NCBI GenBank assembly: GCA_964570745.1
Contig: CAZMZQ010000002.1
Location: forward strand, 1-39,283
Length of the DNA: 39,283 nt
From: an uncultured Anaerolineaceae bacterium
Lineage (GTDB): Bacteria; Chloroflexota; Anaerolineae; Anaerolineales; Anaerolineaceae
Reading direction: 5' to 3'
Shown: in pieces, positions 28,030 through 36,077 of the stretch
How positions within the stretch are numbered: the stretch's first letter is position 1
Layout: each line of letters begins with the position of its first letter
Program-made: the position numbers and the translations under genes
Notes under the pieces: generated by a model
Told to the model about the DNA's origin: nothing
The model's database searches: none
The model's input: the letters and a program-made list of their open reading frames with translations, nothing else

Positions 28030-29490
28030 TTAAAGCTGGTCCTGTTCGTTTGCCATTTGGATCGCCAGCGGGTTCAGCGCGCCTGCCTCGGTGTGTGCAG
28101 GCTGCGATGGTCGGAAATCCTGAAATCTACCGGTATCAACTACCGCTAAAAACCCCCAACCGAGGCGGGATTTTAGCTGCTGGTTGAAGACCAGGGGAAT
28201 CACACGTTCGTCCAGTTTGTCGCGTAAAAATGAGCACACACCAGCACCAATCCCGCTGGCGTCTACGACAACCTTTTGGCAAGCCCACTGCTGTGCCAGG
28301 TGGTAGAGTCTTTGGTAGAGTGTGCTGTGACGTTCTCCCTGCCAGAGATAACGCTGTACCACCTGGTAGCGTGGTTTTCCTACGAGGTCGTCATCCAGGA
28401 GGCTCAGGTCTATCTCAACGATGGTCACCGCGGTTGAATCTCTTCCCGGGTTTTGAAGGTTGTTTACCTCCGCTGAAACAAAGCCTTCTTTCCTGGCTTG
28501 TTCATCTTCCCCCGCAATGTCAACCAGCATGGCATACTGCTTGCCCGGTTGAGGATGCTTGCAGGCAGAGTGGTTTCCCTGCATCAGGCTCAGACGTGCC
28601 GGGGTGAAAAGACCACCCGAAAAGTCGATCTCTTCGCTAAAGAATTGTGAGCGCACCATTGGATGCGAACGCCCCAGCCGGGCGATCTGTTCATCGACAA
28701 ACAAGCCATAGGCGGGCACCTCGCGCCTGACTTCTTCGGCTCCGATGCGAAAGACACGCCTGATGCCATCCCGGGCTTCAGCTTCACGGGCTGCCCTCAG
28801 CTCTCGTGCCAACAGGGTTTGCCCGGTCCAGGCAGTCCCCCAAAAAACGCGGGTTGCGTTGGTGGAGGCCGCCATCGGTGCAATTTGCTTGTCGTACTTC
28901 GAAACAGAGATATCCTGGGCTTCATCCAGAGCGAGCATCGTCGAAGCAGTCGCTCCGACAATGTTTGAACCGGGGGCAGCGGAAAGAAAGGTGAGATGAG
29001 CATTTTTAAAGCGGTAATGGTTGCCAGCACTTTTTTGCCATTGGTTGTGGGTCAGATAATTTTGCTGGAGGGCTGTCTCAAGCCGGCGCATGGCGTTCAG
29101 GCTTTGCGGTTGGTAGGTCGGTGAAAGCTTGACCATTTCCGCCCCCTGCTGCCCTAATAAGCTCATCAGGTAAACTTCCAGCTGTGCCTGGAGCATGTTT
29201 TTACCCGATTGCCTGGGAAACATGACCACAAACGAGAGCCCTTTTTGCTCCATGATCGATTTCACAATCGCCCTGGCTGCTTCAGCTTGATAACTGCGCA
29301 GATTCACACTTCCAAAGATATGACTGAAGTTATCGATGCTGCGCAGCCGGCGTAAAAATTCCACCCTGGTTTCCTTGCGTTTCAATTGATTAGTTTTGCC
29401 TGGTTCAACAGGGTTTTGACCCTGAGGTATCGATAAGAAAAGGCGGGTTGGTTGACAGAGGTTAGTCTGTTTGATCATGCTTAATTCCAT
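28030..29490 (-). CDS. Terminase large subunit (truncated by in-frame TAA at 28030-28032)
   Basis: Walker A-like FPRQSGKN, Walker B MLALDEAQDI, nuclease motifs MLVDIAGEDE and VVVDASGIGAGV. Start chosen at ATG 29490 after GGAGGAG. Confidence 0.85.
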   Translation of the reverse strand: MELSMIKQTNLCQPTRLFLSIPQGQNPVEPGKTNQLKRKETRVEFLRRLRSIDNFSHIFGSVNLRSYQAEAARAIVKSIMEQKGLSFVVMFPRQSGKNMLQAQLEVYLMSLLGQQGAEMVKLSPTYQPQSLNAMRRLETALQQNYLTHNQWQKSAGNHYRFKNAHLTFLSAAPGSNIVGATASTMLALDEAQDISVSKYDKQIAPMAASTNATRVFWGTAWTGQTLLARELRAAREAEARDGIRRVFRIGAEEVRREVPAYGLFVDEQIARLGRSHPMVRSQFFSEEIDFSGGLFTPARLSLMQGNHSACKHPQPGKQYAMLVDIAGEDEQARKEGFVSAEVNNLQNPGRDSTAVTIVEIDLSLLDDDLVGKPRYQVVQRYLWQGERHSTLYQRLYHLAQQWACQKVVVDASGIGAGVCSFLRDKLDERVIPLVFNQQLKSRLGWGFLAVVDTGRFQDFRPSQPAHTEAGALNPLAIQMANEQDQL

Positions 29491-29941
29491 AGCTCTCCTC
29501 CACATCTTCCAGAAAAATACTGATTGCTTCCAGCAGTTCACCAGAGACATTTTGAATGGTGTCACCGGTCAGTCCGGCATGAACGCGCATCATGTTTGCC
29601 AACCGGCTGCAGGTTAAACCCAGTAGGTCCACCGTTTTGGCGAGATTTGCCGGATATTCTTTTTCTCCGCCTTCATCAGCAGCATTTGCGAATTGTTTCA
29701 ATACTTTACGTATCAGCTCGATTTCTTCAGCCAGTCCGAGTTTTATGGATTCGGAGAGTTGCAGCCTTTCTGCACTGGTCAAACCGCAATCGCCGTATCC
29801 CAAAATTTCGTAACGGGCATCAATCAGCGATTCCCGTTCCTCAAGCGCAGCAGCGACCTTCACACCGCTGCCCGCCTTTGAAGGGCGGGCAGGGTGGAGG
29901 ACCTGCGACTGTGCAATTAAAGTGGGGTTTTTTTGTGGCAT
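29462..29941 (-). CDS. Hypothetical protein at the position of a small terminase subunit
   Basis: First gene of the operon, 159 aa, GAGGAG RBS, overlaps the TerL start. Function is inferred from position only. Confidence 0.4.
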   Translation of the reverse strand: MPQKNPTLIAQSQVLHPARPSKAGSGVKVAAALEERESLIDARYEILGYGDCGLTSAERLQLSESIKLGLAEEIELIRKVLKQFANAADEGGEKEYPANLAKTVDLLGLTCSRLANMMRVHAGLTGDTIQNVSGELLEAISIFLEDVEESYGIKHDQTD

Positions 29942-29960
29942 CGTTCGCTTCTCCTCATTT

Positions 29961-29978
29961 TTAGAACGTTTGTTCTAA
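29961..29978. promoter_or_regulatory. Putative LexA (SOS/Cheo-type) operator TTAGAAC-GTTT-GTTCTAA
   Basis: Perfect 7+7 inverted repeat containing AGAAC-N4-GTTCT. It lies 20-37 nt upstream of the operon's first ATG, between a -10-like TACACT (29988-29993, minus strand) and the RBS. Confidence 0.6.
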
Positions 29979-30109
29979 TCAAGGATAAGTGTAGCGCATT
30001 TTTTAAAAAAGAAAAGAGGGGAAAACACGAAAAAGAGGGGGTAAAAAAGTGGAAAAATGGTAATTTTGTTGTGGTAACATTATCAATATTGATCATTACC
30101 GGAGGTTAG

Positions 30110-30673
30110 ATGCGCAGAAAAGACCGTGAAATGGATGAAAGTTTTGGATTTGATGTTATTGACAAGTCCGATTTTGGCGTCGTGAGTCTTGTCGGGTCAA
30201 ACGGTGAACCCATCTCGGTACCTCTCTCAATTGTCCGAAAAGAGCGGCTTTTATTTTTTCATAGTTCCAACAGTGGTGAAAAAGTGGAGCAGATGCCGGA
30301 TGGCAAGCAGGTAAGCGTTGTTTTCGTCACTGATGTACACGTACCGGACTTATACCCTGAAGAAGAACTTAACCAGCTGTCAGAGAGCGGTGATCTCGTT
30401 TCTGTCCTTGGGTTAAAGGTTTTCACCACCGAATTTGCTTCCGCAATTGTTCGTGGCAGAGTTTTCAAAGAGCTAAATTACACCAACAAAAAAGAAGCGC
30501 TACGCTTGCTCTGTGAGCGATTTGTCCCCGATAAAATGAAGTATTTTGAAGATGTCGCCGGCGATAATCTCGATATGGTCGCTATTTACAGGATAGAAAT
30601 TGAATCTCTGACTGCCAAACGTAAAAAGTTTGGAGCCGATCGCGAAGAGCTTAAATTTCAGCGTATGGAATAG
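30110..30673 (+). CDS. Pyridoxamine 5'-phosphate oxidase-family (NimA-like) FMN-binding protein
   Basis: MRRKDREM N-terminus, split-barrel pattern and RIEIESLTAKRK C-terminus typical of Nim/PNPOx-like proteins. GGAGG RBS. Confidence 0.75.
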   Translation: MRRKDREMDESFGFDVIDKSDFGVVSLVGSNGEPISVPLSIVRKERLLFFHSSNSGEKVEQMPDGKQVSVVFVTDVHVPDLYPEEELNQLSESGDLVSVLGLKVFTTEFASAIVRGRVFKELNYTNKKEALRLLCERFVPDKMKYFEDVAGDNLDMVAIYRIEIESLTAKRKKFGADREELKFQRME

Positions 30674-30687
30674 CCGGCTCTCAGCTC

Positions 30688-31395
30688 TTAGATATCGGGC
30701 AGTGTTCGGGCGTTTTGTTTGAGCCACAATCTGCGGGTCTGATAGTCCGGCAGCATCATTCCCACTAATTCCCAAAAACCGCGTCCGTGATTGTGATGGC
30801 GGGTGTGAGCCAGTTCGTGAACGACAATGTATTCCACCATCTCTTTGGGCAACAGTGCCAGTCGGTACGAGAAATTAAGCCCATTCCTGGCATTGCACGA
30901 ACCCCAGCGAGATTTTGCACTGGTTATCCGAACTGAGCTCGCATTTAAGCCCCAAATCTCTGCATATCTGTCGATCTTTTCGTTTACCAGCCTGCGTGTT
31001 TCATTCCGATAAAATTTTATTAACAACTTTTCTGCCTGATCAAGCCGGTCCTGCTGCAGATAAAAACCTCTCTCTGCCTTGAAATCCAATCCGTTCTTTA
31101 CCTTGCTGGCATGATTCAATCTCCAACGCCGTCCCAAATAAAAGATTGACGCGCCGTCGTGATAGGCTTGTTTTGTTTTGTCAGAAAAGGCATTAGCCAT
31201 TTTTGCTTTTGCCTGCCTTATCCAATCCGATTTTTCGAGGGCAAATCGATTGATCGTGCTCTTCCAGGTTCCTTTCGGAACCCGCATAATTACCCGTCCT
31301 CCAGGCTTAACCTCAATGGACATTGTCTTACGGTTGCTATAAATAATTTCATCGATCAAATCTTGCATCTTATGATTATAGCTGCCATATATCAA
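30688..31395 (-). CDS. YgjP-like M48/DUF45 metal-dependent hydrolase
   Basis: HELAH zinc motif (IVVHELAHTRHHNHGRGFWELV) and an N-terminal RKTMSIEVKPGGRV pattern. Start is uncertain (TTG 31395 or ATG 31368). Confidence 0.8.
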   Translation of the reverse strand: MIYGSYNHKMQDLIDEIIYSNRKTMSIEVKPGGRVIMRVPKGTWKSTINRFALEKSDWIRQAKAKMANAFSDKTKQAYHDGASIFYLGRRWRLNHASKVKNGLDFKAERGFYLQQDRLDQAEKLLIKFYRNETRRLVNEKIDRYAEIWGLNASSVRITSAKSRWGSCNARNGLNFSYRLALLPKEMVEYIVVHELAHTRHHNHGRGFWELVGMMLPDYQTRRLWLKQNARTLPDI

Positions 31396-31437
31396 TGTTG
31401 TTCATTTTCTCCTTTTTCTGAAGTACAATTTCTTGAT

Positions 31438-32013
31438 ATGTGGAATCAAAAAAGTCTCAGAATTTTCTTCCTTGTGTTAGCGCTTCTCACCTTTCCCAGC
31501 GCTTGCTCGCTGAAATCTGGCTCAAGCCTTCCGCTTGATAATTATCAAAGCCCGAATGGTCGTTTTGAGTTTTCCATTCCCACTGGTTGGCAAACCGTCC
31601 AGGACGATGCCCTCTTCACAACCACACCACCTGACTATTCAGGAAGCGAAGAAGAACTGATCGTCCATGTTTATGCATCACCAACCGAAACTATCGACAC
31701 TGCCACCCATCTCAACCTGGCAAAAGAACAGATCGAACCTTTCCTCGCATCTGTCATCGATGAAGATTATAAGGTCGTTAATGAAGGTGAGACCAAGGTC
31801 GATAAATATCCCGCCATGCTGCTTGATTTTGCCAAACCATACGGCGAAACTTATATGCTCGGTCGCGTTGTTATCGTCGCAATGCCATTCTATGTGCTGG
31901 TGTTTGTTGGAACCGGCATCGAAACTGAATGGGAGGCTTTTTTGCCGACTTTCAGAGAGATGCTAAATCAATTTCATCTCTCTTCAGCTGAGTCTCCAGA
32001 GGGGCAGCCATGA
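31438..32013 (+). CDS. Secreted protein or lipoprotein, hypothetical
   Basis: Signal peptide MWNQKSLRIFFLVLALLTFPSAC. The ORF-track N-terminal extension overlaps the opposite-strand gene and was dropped. Confidence 0.6.
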   Translation: MWNQKSLRIFFLVLALLTFPSACSLKSGSSLPLDNYQSPNGRFEFSIPTGWQTVQDDALFTTTPPDYSGSEEELIVHVYASPTETIDTATHLNLAKEQIEPFLASVIDEDYKVVNEGETKVDKYPAMLLDFAKPYGETYMLGRVVIVAMPFYVLVFVGTGIETEWEAFLPTFREMLNQFHLSSAESPEGQP

Positions 32014-33014
32014 TCAAAGCTTCCAAAAAAATCTTAATTTTAAAAACGGTCCTGCTTTCGTCAGTTTGTGCGCTCCTGGCAGGTTGCGATTACGTTGTAA
32101 CCAGCCCTAATCGCACTGAAGTGCCTCTTTATATCGCACCACTATCAAGCTCTGGAAACCCTAAGCCTACCCCCACCCCGGATTATGCCTCGCTCATCGA
32201 AACAGGTCCCGAAGAGGTGGTAGGTGAAAGTGGTTATGCATTTGCGCCAGTGACCATTTGGGAGCAAGGCAGTCAGCCGCTGGTGATAACGATCAACAGC
32301 GAGCAAACCTCCCTTAGCGATGATGCCGGGCTTGTTTACCGGATCTCAAATGACAGAAACTCCGTCATCCAGGATGTTCAGGACTGCCTGCAGGTCAACC
32401 TTGACCGCCAGGAGGGTAAAGGTTTGGCATTTTATCCCTTTAGCCCTGTGCCAGCCACACTGCCGGTCGGAGAAGGATTGAAAGTTGATTTTGAAGGCAC
32501 TTTGATGGGCTTTGCAGCACGCGGCAGTCTGTTCGCAGTTCAGACCGACCGCGGCTGTCTCAGCTTGTTTGGGGCAGCAAACAATCAATTCCGCGATCAG
32601 CAGCATTTGTGGGAAACATCTGGTCAGGCAGTATTTGACCGCCTAGCCCAAAGCCTGCGTTACCTGGAACACGACGAGCTGCCAACCTGTCTCGCAGCCC
32701 CTAACGACAGTTATGGGCTAAATCCAGATTTTCCGATCCCAGTCGGTAACACCAACTTATACGATGGGAAAGACCGTGAAGAGCTTTATCTTCTCACACT
32801 GCGGGGACCGAACGGTGAAGAGATATTCTTCAAGCGACAAAACCCCATGTTCAATAAAGATGGTGAAATTGTCGATCCATACAAAACCTGGTGGGATGAG
32901 TTTCATATCCCGATAACCTTATATTTCACGATCTATCGTTTTGAAGCGCCTCTCTACTCTCCGGTTGGCTTCACCTGTGAGGCTGTTTTCCCTCTGAACG
33001 ATCCAGGGAATTGA
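32010..33014 (+). CDS. Lipoprotein, hypothetical
   Basis: Canonical lipobox LLAGC after a hydrophobic signal sequence. ATGA overlap with the previous gene. Confidence 0.65.
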   Translation: MIKASKKILILKTVLLSSVCALLAGCDYVVTSPNRTEVPLYIAPLSSSGNPKPTPTPDYASLIETGPEEVVGESGYAFAPVTIWEQGSQPLVITINSEQTSLSDDAGLVYRISNDRNSVIQDVQDCLQVNLDRQEGKGLAFYPFSPVPATLPVGEGLKVDFEGTLMGFAARGSLFAVQTDRGCLSLFGAANNQFRDQQHLWETSGQAVFDRLAQSLRYLEHDELPTCLAAPNDSYGLNPDFPIPVGNTNLYDGKDREELYLLTLRGPNGEEIFFKRQNPMFNKDGEIVDPYKTWWDEFHIPITLYFTIYRFEAPLYSPVGFTCEAVFPLNDPGN

Positions 33015-33020
33015 GCCTTC

Positions 33021-34232
33021 ATGCAGCGTTTAAAATCAATTTTTCGTCGTTATCCTTTCCAGTTTTGGCTTATGTTTGTGGGGTTGGTCGTCTCCAGCAC
33101 CGGCACGACCATGGTCTGGCCTTTTCTGACCATTTACGCCTCTGAAAAACTCCTTTTACCGATGGCTGCCGTTACCAGCCTGATGACTTTCAACTCGATT
33201 TCGGGCTTGATCGCCTCGATCGTTGCCGGTTCGTTGGTCGACTATTTTGGGCGCAAAGGGATCATGGTATTTGGCATTTTTGGGATGGCGATCGTTTATC
33301 TGGGTTACATTTATACGAACGAATTCTGGCAATTTGGTGTGCTGATGTTTCTCTCAGGGTTGTTCAGCCCACTCTACCGCATCGGGACTGACGCGATTGT
33401 CGCTGACATGCTGCCCCCGGAAGAACGTGCCCAGGCATACGGGTTGGTGCGAATGGGTCGAAATATCGGTGTGGCTCTTGGTCCCATCCTCGGCGGGCTG
33501 GTTCTCTCTCGCTCATACAATATCGGGTTTGTTTCGGCAGCGATTACCTTGATATTTTTCGGTTTGCTCATTGTCTTCTTTCTCAAGGAGACGCTCGAAA
33601 TCAAGAGAGACGATCAACGCGAGGACCTGCGGGATCAGTTTAAGGTTCTCGGTCAGGCTTTGAAAAACAAAGCTTTCGTACGAATGCTCAGTTCCTTTAC
33701 CCTGATGGAAATATGCGCTACCCTGATGTGGGTAATCCTCGCAGTTTACATCAAACAAAACTTTGGCATCGATGAAACCCTTTATTCCTGGATCCCGACC
33801 ACCAATGCCCTGATGGTAATCTTTTTGCAGGTGGCGATCACTCACCGCACCAACCGACACGAGTCAACTAAAGTCATGCCGATCGGTGCTGCATTTTATC
33901 CGGTCACAATGTTGATCGTTGCATACAGCAGCAATTATTGGGGGTTTCTAATTGCAATGGTAGTGATGACCTTTGGTGAACTAATCACCGCGCCAACTGC
34001 TACAGCTTATGTCGCAAACCTTGCGCCTCCGGATCAACGCGGACGCTATCTGGGGTTCTTTGGCTTAAATTGGTTTGTCGCCCTGGCGATCGGTCCGATG
34101 GGGGCTGGTTTCCTGTCAGACAATATCAGTATTCAGGCCCCCTGGTTAGCAGGTGCTGTCGTTGGAGTTTTGTCTGTTTTAGCCTTTATGAGCCTGAAGT
34201 GGCTCCCCAAACCAGTCGAAGAAACAATTTAA
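33021..34232 (+). CDS. MFS transporter
   Basis: About 12 TM helices and an MFS loop 2-3 motif (GSLVDYFGRKG). Confidence 0.88.
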   Translation: MQRLKSIFRRYPFQFWLMFVGLVVSSTGTTMVWPFLTIYASEKLLLPMAAVTSLMTFNSISGLIASIVAGSLVDYFGRKGIMVFGIFGMAIVYLGYIYTNEFWQFGVLMFLSGLFSPLYRIGTDAIVADMLPPEERAQAYGLVRMGRNIGVALGPILGGLVLSRSYNIGFVSAAITLIFFGLLIVFFLKETLEIKRDDQREDLRDQFKVLGQALKNKAFVRMLSSFTLMEICATLMWVILAVYIKQNFGIDETLYSWIPTTNALMVIFLQVAITHRTNRHESTKVMPIGAAFYPVTMLIVAYSSNYWGFLIAMVVMTFGELITAPTATAYVANLAPPDQRGRYLGFFGLNWFVALAIGPMGAGFLSDNISIQAPWLAGAVVGVLSVLAFMSLKWLPKPVEETI

Positions 34233-34317
34233 TTTTGCTAATCCTGTGAGGGGAAATCCCAGCATGATGCCAGGGAATTTTTCATCCTGCTTAAGCAATA
34301 ATAACATCAATAGAGAC

Positions 34318-34346
34318 TTGACAAATGGACTTCCAATAACGATAAT
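34318..34346 (+). promoter_or_regulatory. Near-consensus sigma-70 promoter (TTGACA-17-GATAAT)
   Basis: TTGACA at 34318-34323, exact 17-nt spacer, GATAAT at 34341-34346. It sits 30 nt upstream of GTG 34377, which has an AGGAAGG RBS. Confidence 0.7.
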
Positions 34347-34376
34347 AGATCATATGTTCTATATCAGGAAGGTGAA

Positions 34377-34805
34377 GTGACCCAGGTTTTTGTTTTTAAT
34401 GAGTCTGGAGCGGTTCAGATGCTCGATTTTGCAGCCCGCCCGGAAGAAATCACCCGCCAGATCAATGCCGGTGATTGGCAAGCCTATCTTGGCTATGATC
34501 AGGCACGCGAAAACTCCTGGCAAGCGCTGCGGGTGGGAAAAATTGTGATTGTGTATCCCCCGCCATCTCCCGAAGACGCTCCTGTAATTTCTCTGCATCC
34601 AAAAGAATTGCAGGTATTACAAGGGTTGGGCTCTGGATTAAACCTGATTCAGATTGCTTACCGACATCAAGTCACGGTCAAAACGGTCCAAAACTGCCTT
34701 TATCGAATTCAAATTAAGTTTAACGCCCATACCCGGGAGGAGTTGGTCGCCAAAGCAACCGCCTTAGAATACATCAAGCCAGATTTGGACAGCATTTTCG
34801 ATTGA
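34377..34805 (+). CDS. LuxR/GerE-type HTH transcriptional regulator (solo, no receiver)
   Basis: The C-terminal LHPKELQVLQGLGSGLNLIQIAYRHQVTVKTVQNCLYRIQIKF matches the GerE HTH pattern. The N-terminal 75 aa are unassigned. Confidence 0.75.
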   Translation: MTQVFVFNESGAVQMLDFAARPEEITRQINAGDWQAYLGYDQARENSWQALRVGKIVIVYPPPSPEDAPVISLHPKELQVLQGLGSGLNLIQIAYRHQVTVKTVQNCLYRIQIKFNAHTREELVAKATALEYIKPDLDSIFD

Positions 34806-34806
34806 G

Positions 34807-35949
34807 TCAGGATTCAACCTTTGCTGAAGCCTCCCAAAGAGTTTTTGCAACCGTAAAAGCTGCCTCGGGATGTCCGATTAAGCGGGCTGAAGCTGAAACT
34901 CTTTCCAGTTGAACGGCATTATCTTTAAGCCAAAAATCGATCATTGTTGTAAACTCCCCAACGTTCTGCACCTGTGCTCCAGCCTGGTGGCTGGTTATAT
35001 AACGAACGTTACCCTCTTCCTGCCCCGGCAGGAAATCAATCAGCAGCACCGGCAATCCTGCTGCCATGGCTTCGGACATAATCAGACCACCTGCCTTGGT
35101 GACCACCAGGTCAGCAGCCAACATCCATTCCGGCATATTATCAACAAAATTCAAAATAGTTATCGGGAAGCCGAACTTATCTTCCTGAAGTGCGTGATAT
35201 AAATCGTCATTCCCGCCGGCAATCACCACCACCTGGATTGAATGAGAGGTTTCATCAAGGGCGTGCAGGTTTTCAAGGATGTGATCGACTCTGACACCAC
35301 CAACAAATAAGAGCGTGTGCAGCTCTGGATTCAGGTTTAATTGGTGACGCAGCTGTGGTTTATCTGCCTTGTTCAAAGCAAATCTGGGGCTAACCGGGAT
35401 ACCGGTGATCTGAAGTTTGCGCAAGGGCACGCGATTGTCCCTGGCTTTCACCATCACCCAGTCGGAAGCGAGGAAAAAGAGGTCTGGTCCCGGTGCAAAC
35501 CAGAGCGAATGAACATCTGCCAGGTCAGTCACCACGGCATAAAGCGGGGCTTTCAAATTATGCTCTTGTTTTACTTTACCGGCTGGTGCATTAAACATCG
35601 GATTGGTAAGCAGGATGCCATGGGGGGATAAAGCTTTGACAAAATCCCCGATGTTTCGTTGCAAAAAGAGGGTCAGCGCACCTTCCATAATTTCGCTAAA
35701 CTGTCTCGAATCGCTCACTTCATAGCCCAACCGGTATAAGCTTGGGGCATAGCGAACCCCTTTGTCATATCCTTTTTCAATTGGCTTCATCAATGAAATT
35801 GAAGGGCTGTCGAGAATCGGGTTTACCACCAGGTTAAACTGCTTGTCTCCATAGAGCTCAATTAATGCCTTCGAGATCGATATCGCGGCGCTGCGATGAC
35901 CAAAACCAGCGTCACTGGTCAGAATTAAAAAGCGTTTCTTATCTTCCAT
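34807..35949 (-). CDS. GT28-family glycosyltransferase (MGDG synthase / UgtP-like diacylglycerol glycosyltransferase)
   Basis: N-terminal ILTSDAGFGHRSAA motif, a C-terminal GT-B region (VVIAGGND..., TKAGGLIMSEAMAAGLP) and the overall GT-B layout. Confidence 0.8.
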   Translation of the reverse strand: MEDKKRFLILTSDAGFGHRSAAISISKALIELYGDKQFNLVVNPILDSPSISLMKPIEKGYDKGVRYAPSLYRLGYEVSDSRQFSEIMEGALTLFLQRNIGDFVKALSPHGILLTNPMFNAPAGKVKQEHNLKAPLYAVVTDLADVHSLWFAPGPDLFFLASDWVMVKARDNRVPLRKLQITGIPVSPRFALNKADKPQLRHQLNLNPELHTLLFVGGVRVDHILENLHALDETSHSIQVVVIAGGNDDLYHALQEDKFGFPITILNFVDNMPEWMLAADLVVTKAGGLIMSEAMAAGLPVLLIDFLPGQEEGNVRYITSHQAGAQVQNVGEFTTMIDFWLKDNAVQLERVSASARLIGHPEAAFTVAKTLWEASAKVES

Positions 35950-36033
35950 AACATCATCCTGTTTTCATCAGATTTTATCGCTGCAGACACATATTTTTAC
36001 AAACTCGTCCAACCCTGACTGGCTTAAATGCAA

Positions 36034-36061
36034 AGCACCGCTCACTGAATTGAGCGGTGCT
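36034..36061 (-). terminator. Rho-independent terminator downstream of the ferredoxin gene
   Basis: AGCACCGCTCA/TGAGCGGTGCT 11-bp stem with 6-nt loop. On the minus strand it is followed by TTGCATTT. Confidence 0.7.
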
Positions 36062-36077
36062 TATTGCTTGTGTCGTT

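Larger units (their letters stand above)
19868..30000 (-). mobile_element. Phage-derived ~10-kb structural/lysis operon (defective prophage or domesticated phage-like element), bracketed by imperfect direct repeats
   Basis: Eleven co-directional, overlapping or coupled ORFs include terminase, portal, capsid, GH25 lysozyme and a holin-like protein. No integrase, repressor or replication genes were recognised. Flanking repeat AAGGAT(GAA)AAGTrTAGCrCATT at 19868-19890 and 29981-30000. Confidence 0.75.

Noticed and set aside
31376-31405. Nine-codon mini-ORF (MNNIDIWQL) with a strong AAGGAG RBS just upstream of the YgjP-like gene. It could be a leader peptide or a sign of a frameshifted true start.
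   Set aside because: It is too short to evaluate from sequence alone. It could equally be a chance ATG in an AT-rich divergent promoter region.
31159-31437. N-terminal extension of the 284-aa plus-strand ORF.
   Set aside because: It overlaps the YgjP-like gene on the opposite strand. ATG 31438 begins a typical signal peptide.
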